Shown here: one piece after another, positions 55,634 to 64,000 of the stretch
Numbering within the stretch: position 1 is the first letter of the stretch
How the letters are laid out: each line of letters starts with the position of its first letter
DNA from: an uncultured Acidobacteriota bacterium
Lineage (GTDB): Bacteria > Acidobacteriota > Thermoanaerobaculia > Multivoradales > UBA5704
Assembly (NCBI GenBank): GCA_963700145.1
Contig: OY969474.1
Span: 2,432,001 to 2,496,000 of the forward strand
DNA length: 64,000 bases
Reading direction: 5' to 3'
The notes under the pieces: generated by a model
Told to the model about the DNA's origin: nothing
Seen by the model: the letters and a program-made list of their open reading frames with translations, nothing else
The model's database searches: none
Made by a program: the position numbers and the translations under genes

Positions 55634-56463
55634 CTAGCCGACGAGGAGGGAGGCGGCGATCGCGCCGGCGGTGGCGACGAGGCAGATGAGGGCGCCGACC
55701 GCGTGGTCGGTCCGCTCCGGCTTCAGCGGGTCGAGCCAGAGGGCCGCGAGGTAGCCGCCGGCGAAGCCGCCGAGGTGGGCCCAGTTGTCCACCCGCGTCG
55801 CCACCAGGCCGTAGACGAAGAGCATCACGGCGTAGCCCCAGGCCTGGGTGGTGAGGGCGCGGCTGCCGCCGCGGCGGCCGTAGCGCACCAGCGCCCCGAG
55901 CAGGCCGAAGATCGCCGCCGAGGCCCCGACGGTCACCCGCGCCCCGCCGAGGAAGGGGAAGAACGCCGCCACCGCGCTGCTGAGCAGGAACCCGGTGACG
56001 CTGGCGAGGGTGTAGAGGATGACCATGCGGCTGGCGCCGTAGAACTCGGCGGTGAGCGGCGCGAGCTGGCGCAGCCAGAGCAGGTTGAAGAAGAGGTGGA
56101 GGAGGTCGCCGTGCAGCCAGCCGGCCGAGAGCGGGGTCCACCAGCGGCCGAGCTCGAAGACCAGGATCGAGCCGCTCGCCCCGAAGCGGGCGAGGGCCTC
56201 GGTGGTGGGCGGGAAGATGGAGAACGGGCCGCCCGCCGGCCCCGGCCCGCCGCCGGCCACGAGCGTGGCGGCGTAGAGGACGATGCACCCCCCGAGCACG
56301 AGCTGACGAACCCCAGGTCGCCGCCGAAGCGGCGCAGCGCCCCGGCGAAGCCCCACATCCCCGGCCGCAGCCGCCCGCAGTTGAAGCAGCGCTCGTCGGC
56401 CACCCCCACCAACCGCCCGCACGACGGGCAGACGACGGCACCGGTGCGCTGGCGGCGGAACAT
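55634..56463 (-). CDS. Rhomboid family intramembrane serine protease with an N-terminal Zn ribbon (1-bp frameshift at about 56305)
   Basis: CPSC..CFNC; WLHGDLLHLFFN, VGASAAIFG, NWAHLGG; GTC-CAG reads as GTCAG. Confidence 0.82.
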
Positions 56464-56490
56464 CGGACGCTTGCCTATCGCGCGAGCCGA

Positions 56491-56919
56491 TTACTGCAAG
56501 AAGGGGTTAACGATGCGTACGGTCCCATAGCGGCGATTGTGCTGGAAGTCCTCGCTGAAAAGATCTGACAGCCCGAAGACCTCCGCGTAAGCCCAGAGAT
56601 GAGCGTCCAGCCACGAGAGGCCGTAGGCAGCGGCACCGCGGACCGCTGTGCGCACGACGGTGTCGTTCGGGTAGAGCACCGCGAACTCGTTGAGCAGCTC
56701 CTCCGTCTCGCGTCGGGCCTCCTCCGGGAGCAGGAGTGGCCCTCTGCCCGGAAGCGGACGAGTGACCGCCGAGTAGAACTCGACAATCGCCTGATGAGGA
56801 AGGCGGAGACTGCCATCCACGATCCCACGCAGCAGGAACTCCTCGGCGATCGCTTGCTTCTCTGGAGACTGGATGTCGAAGCGATAGACCAGAACGTTGG
56901 TATCAACGAGGCCGGCCAC
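56491..56919 (-). CDS. PIN domain toxin (VapC-like)
   Basis: LVDTNVLVY, Q...EF, SWLDA, SEDFQH..VNPF. Confidence 0.9.
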   Translation of the reverse strand: MAGLVDTNVLVYRFDIQSPEKQAIAEEFLLRGIVDGSLRLPHQAIVEFYSAVTRPLPGRGPLLLPEEARRETEELLNEFAVLYPNDTVVRTAVRGAAAYGLSWLDAHLWAYAEVFGLSDLFSEDFQHNRRYGTVRIVNPFLQ

Positions 56920-57199
56920 GGTCGTAGAGCTCCTCGCGGGTCCAGCCGCGGCCCTCGCCCTCCTTCCTCCTCGCCAACTCCGGCCGCTGCCGCTCTCGCT
57001 CCCGTTGGCGGAGGATCGACTGCTCGAAAAGCCGCAGACGCTCCTCGCTGCTCAGACCCTGCTCCCCTTTGCCTTGGGGCACGACGCGAATCACCTCGCC
57101 CGCAGGCACCCAGTCGATCTCATCCCCGGGCCGGATCCCGTACTGGTCGGCAAGCGCCTTGGGCAGCGTCACCTGCAGCTTGCTGGTTACTTTGGCCAT
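56903..57199 (-). CDS. AbrB/MazE/SpoVT family antitoxin (VapB-like)
   Basis: MAKVTSKLQVTLPK...YGIRPGDEI; C-terminal WTREELYDR. Confidence 0.9.
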   Translation of the reverse strand: MAKVTSKLQVTLPKALADQYGIRPGDEIDWVPAGEVIRVVPQGKGEQGLSSEERLRLFEQSILRQRERERQRPELARRKEGEGRGWTREELYDRGRPR

Positions 57200-57233
57200 G
57201 TCCTTACCCTAGCAAGGACAGCTTCCTTGTCAA
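57200..57233 (-). promoter_or_regulatory. vapB promoter with overlapping operator palindromes
   Basis: Minus strand TTGACA-16-TAGGGT-6-ATG; inverted repeats CAAGGA..TCCTTG and TCCTT..AAGGA. Confidence 0.6.
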
Positions 57234-57244
57234 ACGTCGATCCG

Positions 57245-57307
57245 CCACGCCGTCAGCCGCCCGCACGACGGGCAGACGACCGAGCCGGTGCGCTGGCGGC
57301 GGAACAT
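57245..57307 (-). pseudogene. Truncated duplicate of the rhomboid 5' end
   Basis: MFRRQRTGSVVCPSCGRL vs MFRRQRTGAVVCPSCGRL at 56463; preceded by a TAGTCT -10. Confidence 0.8.
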
Positions 57308-57317
57308 GGCGGGAAGA

Positions 57318-60300
57318 CTAGCGCGGCGCGGGCCCCGGCAGGTCGGCGCAGGTCCTGCGGTACGGGACTTCCCTGCCTACGTACTGCTTCCACTCCTCGC
57401 GGGTGAGGTCGCGGTTGGCGATCTCGCAGGCGCGGCGGATCCAGGTGCGGGTGTCGAGGTCCCAGAGGATCGGGGGGCCATGCTCGCCGGCCGAGACCAG
57501 CAGCGGCCGCTGCGGGTGGAACCTCACGGCCGCCCGTTCGCTCGGATTGCCGGCGATGGGCGGGAAGAGTGTGCGGCCCTGCGCGACGTCCCAGATGGCG
57601 AGGTCGCCGTCCTGCTGGTACGCCGCCAGAAGGTCGCCGCCGGACGAGAAGGCAAGGCTCAGGGCGAGAGACTTGCCCGCCAACGCCTCGCCCTTGGGCT
57701 GGCGCGAAGCCAGGTCCCAGAGAAGTACTCTGCCGTCCTCGAGGCCGGTGGCGAGCGTCTCGCCTGACGGGGACCACGCCACGCTTACGACCGGTCCCGG
57801 GGCAGTCAGCGGCGGCCCGGCGGGCGAGCGGGTGTCGAGGCCTACCAGCGGGATCGTCTCCTCGCCGGTGGCGAACGCCACCAGGTTCTGGCGCGGGTGG
57901 ACGGCGAGGCCGATGGCCTGTTCGATCAGGGCAGACTCCGCGCGCGGGCCGTCCGGCCCCTCACCCACGAGGTCAAAAACCACGACCTCTTCCCTGAACC
58001 CGCCCGAGGGGATCAGTTTCATGGACTCGACCTGTGCGACGAGGCGTCGCCCGTCCGGGCTGAATGCGAGTCCCCGGAAGGGCGCCGGCCCCCGCACCAG
58101 CTCCCGCGGCCTCCGGGAGGCGACGTCCCACAGACGCAGGACGCCGAAGTTTTCGAAGTCCTGACCGCTCCGCACGACGTTCCAATCGGTCGCGGCCAAG
58201 GTCCGGCCATCCGGGCTGAACGCCACGGCGGTGACCCGGCCGCCGTATCCGGCGAGCGGCGGCAGCGGCCGCTCTTCCACCACGTCCCAGAGCCTGATCT
58301 CCTCGCCTGCCGCCCAGGCGAGCTGCGTGCCGTCGGGGCGAAGGCTGAGGGAGGCGTCGCCGCCATTGCCGGGCAGACGTCGGCCGAAGGAGCGCGGCTC
58401 CCGCAGGCTCCAGAGGATCACCTTGCCAGCGCCGTCGCCGGCCGCCAGAAAGCTGCCGTCGTGGCTGAACACTGCGTCTCGCACACTGGCAGAGTGACCG
58501 CGTAGCTCCTCGATCAACTCGTTGTCCGGCCTCCAGAGGGCCAGGTCGGCGCTGCCGTCGTGGCTGAACGCTGCGTCCCGCAAACTGGCAGAGTGACCGC
58601 GTAGCTCCTCGATCGCCAGGTCGGCGCGGCCGAGGACGGCGAGCCGGCTACCATCCGGGCTGAAAAGGGCGCGGCGAGTCGACCAGGGCAGGAAACGCGG
58701 GGGCTGGTCCGGGCTGAGCTTCAGGTGCCAAAGCTGAAATCTCGAAATTGGCGCGACGGTGCCCAGCGCGCTCTGGGCCAGCAAGGTGTGCCCTGTCGGG
58801 CTGAAGCTCACGGCAGTGACGGGGCCTTTGACGCTGCCGGCCGGGCGGCCCACGGCCAACCCCTGCGAGTCCCAGAGCACGATCGCGCCGTCCTCGGCGA
58901 CCGAGACCAGCTCGGCTCCATCTGCCCGGAACCCCAGTCCCATGATCGGCGACGGCAGGTCGGACGCGATCGCACCGACGCGGCGCCGGGCCGCCAAGTC
59001 CCAGAGCTGGAGCGACGAACGGTGCCGAGCGCCAGCGGGCGCCCGTCCGGGCTGAAGGCGGCGCTGGTCACTATCTCTCCTTCGAGGAACGGCTCCGCCG
59101 CTGGCTGGGGCGGCGTTATTCGCCAGAGCGTGGCGGCTTCGTTGTCCCTGCGCACCATCAGCGCCGTTTCTGAGCCGAACTCAAATCCCTTCATCCAACC
59201 ATAAAAAGCCGCCGGCCGGCCGATGGGGCGAAGGGCCATGAGGTCCCAGAATGCGATCGCGCCCCGACCCAGGAGAGCCATGGTCCTCTGGCTCGGGCTG
59301 AAGGCCACTTCGGCGATCTCGCCCAGGCCCTCGGTCAGCTGCACCTTGGCGGCGCGGGCCAAGTCCCAGGCGTGGACCTGCCTCTTACCGGTAAGGGGCA
59401 CGTCCGAGGGCTTGCCTTCGAGCTGCCACCCGACCTCCACCAGAGCCTTCCCGCCTGGCCCGAGGACGAGATCGATCGGCGTCTCGGCCCCGCCGGTCAA
59501 CGGCGCACCGAGCGGGCGGCGGTGGCGAGGTCCCAGCGCTGGACGGAACCGCCTTCGAGGCCCGCTCCCAGGACTTTGCCGTCAGGGTCGAGGGCGATCG
59601 AGTTAACGCTCGCGGGGGCGTGCAGAAAGGCGAGGATGCGGCGGCTGCGCTCCAGGCCCTCGGCGAGGGCGCCCCTGGCCTCGAAGGTGTCAGCCGTCTT
59701 CTGTGCCTCGACTCCCAGGAGCAAGGCGAGGTCGAGTTGCTGCGCCATCTCGACCGTGCCCTGGGCCGCGAGCTGGCGGGAGAGGGAGACGCGGCGCTGC
59801 CCTTCGGTCTGCACCCACTGGAAGACCGCAAACACCATGAAGCCGAAAATGACCGTCACGAATGCCTTTAAGGTCCTATTCACTATGCGGTGCTGGTGCT
59901 CGCGCTCCTTGCGCTCGCGCTCCCGCAAAGCGGCGCTGGCGGTAATCAGCTCCTGCTCCTCCGGCCCAAGGTCCCCGCGACGCTCGGCGAGCCAGCGCTC
60001 GGCCTCGACCAGCGGCGCGCCGCGCAGCAGGGTTCCTTCGTCGCCGCCGGTGCGCCGCCACTCGGCGAGGTCGGCGCGCAGCCGCTGCCGCCAGAGCAGG
60101 AACTCGCGGTCTTCCCGCACCCACTGGCGGAGCTGCTCCCAGTGCAGGGGCAGGGTGTCGTGGACCAGCTCGACCGTGGCACCCCGCAGGACCACCAGGC
60201 GCTCGTCGGCCAGCCGCTGGAGGACCCTCTCCAGCCCGCTGTCGTCCCCGACCAGCGAGGACTTGTCCGAGCCGGCGACCGGCGGTCGCCGTAGCAGTCT

Positions 60301-61669
60301 CCTCATCGATCCAGACCAGCCGAGTCAGCAGCCCGCGGGAAACCTTGCGCTCCTCGGTGCCCAGGGCCTTGATCACCCCGTCAGCGTGGAAGCGCAGCGC
60401 TCCTTGGACCCCTTCGATCTCCCTGTAGGCATCCCAGGTGAGCCACCGCCCCCGGCGCTTGCGCCAGAGGAGGTCGAGCGCGTGCTGGAGCAGGGGGAGC
60501 ACCACCTCGCCGCCCTGGCTGGCGTCGTCGCGCACCCGGGCGGCGAGCCCCTTCTCGAAGATCGCCCCCACCTGGGCGGCGGGGGCCTCGATGACCTCGG
60601 CCACCGCTCCCTGGTCGAGGTCCTTGATGTAGAGCTGGTGGTCCACCACCTGCCCGGCCAGGTCGGGGTAGCGCCCCAGCCGGCCGTAGAAGTCGGCGCG
60701 CATCGTGGCCACCACCCGGGCCCGTCCCTCCGGGGCCCGCGCGAGCGCCAGGACGGCGGCGATGAGCTTCTCCTGCTCCGTCTTCCCGTCCGCCTCGGCG
60801 AGGGTGAACAGCTCCTCCAATCGGTCCACCACCAGCGCGAGGCGTCGTCCCGCGGGCAGCAGGAGGGCGAGGAGGGCGGGGAGCTCGCCCGGTGCCTCGT
60901 CGAGCCGCCGCAGCAGGTCGTCGGCAGCGGCCAGCGGATCGCCCGGCCGGAAGCGCGCCAGGGCGCCGGCGAGGGCGTGCAGCGGACGGGGCCCCGGCCG
61001 CACCACCAGCTCCTCCCACTCCGCCGCCGGCAGGCGGGCGAGCAGACCGGCCTGGACCAGGCTGGTCTTGCCGCTCCCCGAAGCGCCCAGGACCGCCAGG
61101 AACGGGTGGTGCGCGAGCCGCTCCTCCATCTCCGCGATCTCGGCGCTGCGGCCGAAGAAGAAGCGCCGGTCCTCGACCCCGAAGGCCGCGAGCCCGCGGT
61201 AGGGGGCCGGCTCGTCCGGCAGGTCAGCGGCGAGGTCGGCGGACGGGGCCTCGCCCTTGACGGCGGCCACCAGACGGGCGAAGGGGTCGGCCTCGTCGAG
61301 GCCGCCCTCGAAGCGGATCCAGGTGTCGACGTTGGCCCAGGTGCCCTGCGGCGGCGGCGTGCCCGGCAGGAAGACGTAGAGGACGTGGAAGCCCGGCCGG
61401 CCGTCGCGCAGCGCGTAGGCCAGGTCCCGCTCCTGGCGCTGCACCGGCCCGAGGCCGCCGGGGCCCCAGACGACGACCGCGGCGGCGCTGCCGTTCATCG
61501 CCTCCTCGATCTCGCCGCGCCAGGAGGCGCCGGGCTGGAGGCGGGCGCGGTCCATCCAGACGGCGAGGCCCGCCTCGCGCGCCAGCCGACCGGCGAGGAC
61601 CTCGACCTCGCGGGCGTCGCGGCGGCTGTAGCTCAGGAAGACGTCGAAGCGGGAGGGGCTCGCAGCCAC
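57318..61669 (-). pseudogene. TIR + nSTAND1-type NTPase + TM + WD40 repeats (NLR-like), split by about 3 frameshifts (about 60290, 59500, 59020)
   Basis: FDVFLSYSRRD (TIR); PYRGLAAF..FFGR, GASGSGKTSL, VDRLEELFT, LPLL; ELVHDTL..W..L..W; WD repeats; C-terminal ACEIANRDLTREEW. Confidence 0.8.
58452..58614. repeat. Internal near-perfect duplication (about 64 bp, 99-bp offset) in the WD40 region
   Basis: IEELRGHSAS.RDA.FSHDGS occurs twice. Confidence 0.75.
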
Positions 61670-61694
61670 TCCGCGCAGCATACCGCCGGCGGCG

Positions 61695-64000
61695 CTACGG
61701 AGACGGGGCCGCGGGCTGCGGTTGGGAGGCCGGCTCGCCGCCGGCGACCGGCCGCCGGCCGCGGCGGAGGGCGGCGACGACGGCGTCGCGGGCGTCGTCG
61801 AAGAGGGTGTAGAAGACCGGCACGACGAGCAGCGTCAGCATGGTGGCGGTGGTCATGCCGCCGATCAGGGTGAAGCCGAAGCTGGTGTAGGAGAGGCCGA
61901 TCGAGTTGGAGCCGCCGACGGTGAGCGGGACCATGCCGCCGATCGTGGTCAGCGCCGTCATCATGATCGGGCGGAAGCGCCGCTCGGTGGCGAGGAGGAG
62001 GGCCTCGCGGCGCGGGTGCCCCTCTTCGCGCAGCCGGTTCACGCAGTCGATCAGCACGATGCCGTTGTTGACCACGACGCCGATCAGCAGCACGGCGCCG
62101 ACGAAGCCGAGGACGTCGAGGTCGAGGCCGGTCGCGGCGTGCATCCAGACGACGCCGATCGAGGCCAGCGGGATGGTCAGCACGATCGACAGCGGCAGGA
62201 TGAAGCTCTCGAAGAGGAACCCCATCAGCAGGTAGACGAAGACGATCGACAGCAGCCCGGCGAAGAGGAGGTTCTTCATCTCCTCGTCACCGCCGGCGCG
62301 CTCCGGCGGGGCGCCGAGCGAGATCCCCTCCGGCAGGTCGAGCACCGCGGCGAGGGACTCCAGCCGCTCGCGGGCCTCCTTCTCCTTCCCCTCTTGCAGC
62401 TCGACGGTCACCGGCCGGGCGACGCGCTGGTCCTCGCGCTGGATGCGGCGGGCGGCGGGGAGGAAGCGGACGTCGGTGAGGGAGGCGAGCGGGACGACCC
62501 CCGCCGCCGACGGCACCTCGAAGCTCGCCAGCTCGGAGAGGCTCTCGCGGTCCTTCTCCTCGAAGCGCACCCGCACCGGCACCTGGCGGCCGTCGCGCTG
62601 GTAGCGCGGCAGCGCCTGGCCGCGCAGGGCGTAGCCGACGACGCCGGCGATGACCTCGGGGTTGACGCCCTGGCGCTGGGCGCGGGCGCGGTCGACGACC
62701 AGCGCCAGCTCGTCGGGCGGGCGGTCGCCGGCGCGGCGCACCCCGAGCACCCCCGACACCTGCGCGAAGAGCGCCTCCAGCTCCAGCGCCGTCTCCTCCA
62801 GCGCCGCGGCGTTCTCGCCGTAGAGGGTGACGGCGTGCACGCCTTCCTCCTTCGCCTCGTCCTCGGCCTGGTCGCCGGTGAAGAGCTTGAAGCCGGCGCG
62901 CTCCGGCAGCGCCGCCATCACCCGCTCGGTGGCCTCGCGCGAGGTCACGTCGGCGGTCGACGGCTGGGTGAACCAGCCCTCGATCTCGCCGTAGGTGGCG
63001 CGGTGGAAGAGGAACCACCCTTCGAGGCCCAGCTCCTCCTTGAGCCCTTCGACCGTCTTCTCGGCCTGGAGGAACCAGGCCTCGGCCTCCTCCAGCGTGG
63101 TGTTGGCCGGCATCTCGACCTGGATCCCCCAGCCGCGCGCCTCGCTCTCCTGGGTGGGCGAGAACTTGACCCGCTGCTTTGCTATGACGCCGGTTGCGAC
63201 CAGCACCAGGAGGAGCCCGAGCACCACGTCCAGCCGCCGCCCGAGGGCCACCGCCAGGAGCGCCGTGTAGCCGCGGTTCAAGCGCCCGAAGGTGGCCTCG
63301 TAGAGGCGCGCCAGGAGGACCTCGACGCGCCGCCACGCCCGCCGGTGCCCCGGCTCCGGCGCGGCGCCGTTCTCGCGCTGCGCCGGCAGAGTCAGGTAGA
63401 CGGCGAGCGGCACCGCCACCAGCGCCACGAGGAGCGAGGCCAAGAGCGCCACCGACACCGGGATCGAGAGGCGGAGGAGAAAGAACTGCCCTTCGCCTTC
63501 GACCAGCGACACCGGCAGGAAGACGGTGACGCTGGTCAGCGTCGCCAGGGTGATGGCGAGGGCGATCTCCCCCGCCCCTTCGAGACAGGCCTGCCGCCGC
63601 GGCACGCCGGCCAAGTGGAGGCGGTGGATGTTCTCGGCGACGACGATCGAGTTGTCCACCAGCATCCCGACCGAGATCATCAGCCCGAGGAGCGACAGCA
63701 CGTTGAGCGTCTCGCCGGCGAAGTACATGACGGTCAGGGCGAGGAGCAGCGAGAGCGGGATCGAGAGCGTGATGATGAGCGTCATGCGCAGCCGGCGGAG
63801 GAAGAAGAAGAGGACCGCGACGGCGATGGCGCCGCCGAGGAAGCCGCTCTCCACGACCTTGCGCAGCGACTCCAGGATCACGTCGCCCTGGTCGAAGAGC
63901 GGGATCATGCGCACCGAGCGCAGGCGCGGGTCGCGCTCCAGCCGCTCGACCAGGGCGCCGATCGAGCGCGCCACCTCCAGCGTGTTGGCGTCCCCCTCCT
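61695..64000 (-). CDS. RND efflux transporter permease (AcrB/AcrD/AcrF family), 5' end outside the window
   Basis: GMLVDNSIVVAENI, GVVVNNGIVLID, RFRPIMMTALTT. Confidence 0.9.
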   Translation of the reverse strand, partial: EGDANTLEVARSIGALVERLERDPRLRSVRMIPLFDQGDVILESLRKVVESGFLGGAIAVAVLFFFLRRLRMTLIITLSIPLSLLLALTVMYFAGETLNVLSLLGLMISVGMLVDNSIVVAENIHRLHLAGVPRRQACLEGAGEIALAITLATLTSVTVFLPVSLVEGEGQFFLLRLSIPVSVALLASLLVALVAVPLAVYLTLPAQRENGAAPEPGHRRAWRRVEVLLARLYEATFGRLNRGYTALLAVALGRRLDVVLGLLLVLVATGVIAKQRVKFSPTQESEARGWGIQVEMPANTTLEEAEAWFLQAEKTVEGLKEELGLEGWFLFHRATYGEIEGWFTQPSTADVTSREATERVMAALPERAGFKLFTGDQAEDEAKEEGVHAVTLYGENAAALEETALELEALFAQVSGVLGVRRAGDRPPDELALVVDRARAQRQGVNPEVIAGVVGYALRGQALPRYQRDGRQVPVRVRFEEKDRESLSELASFEVPSAAGVVPLASLTDVRFLPAARRIQREDQRVARPVTVELQEGKEKEARERLESLAAVLDLPEGISLGAPPERAGGDEEMKNLLFAGLLSIVFVYLLMGFLFESFILPLSIVLTIPLASIGVVWMHAATGLDLDVLGFVGAVLLIGVVVNNGIVLIDCVNRLREEGHPRREALLLATERRFRPIMMTALTTIGGMVPLTVGGSNSIGLSYTSFGFTLIGGMTTATMLTLLVVPVFYTLFDDARDAVVAALRRGRRPVAGGEPASQPQPAAPSP

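Overview
This is a very GC-rich bacterial chromosomal window. Gene style and repeat families suggest an Acidobacteriota/Thermoanaerobaculia-like organism (inference). I saw no rRNA, tRNA, CRISPR array, integrase or transposase. 1-21 kb is mostly core genes: a putative prenyl-alcohol salvage operon (SDR, phytol-kinase/DUF92 fusion, UbiA), gmd/rmd/rfbD/rfbA-lptD-thiolase, ruvX-mltG, a pseudokinase-TonB fusion, wecA-like, acyl-CoA carboxylase, csbD and a moaD-moaE fusion, with REP-like palindromes between genes. 21-41 kb holds secreted proteins, a vanadium haloperoxidase / multicopper oxidase / SCO / cytochrome c cluster, and a cysM-mec-(ThiS-MoeZ) sulfur relay with a catalytically dead JAB paralog. 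41-62 kb is a conflict/defence hotspot. It contains a signal-less protein-glutaminase followed by what looks like a stand-alone inhibitory pro-domain, a MoxR-vWA-iSTAND ternary conflict island with EAD-coupled trypsin proteases, a vapBC module, and a TIR-nSTAND-WD40 gene. The ternary island and vapBC are each bracketed by a duplicated 5' end of the gene they interrupt. Three intergenic arrays have a 21-bp period (14-bp palindromic core plus 7-bp spacer). Several single-base frameshifts in homopolymers suggest assembly errors. All family assignments come from motif recognition; no database search was run.
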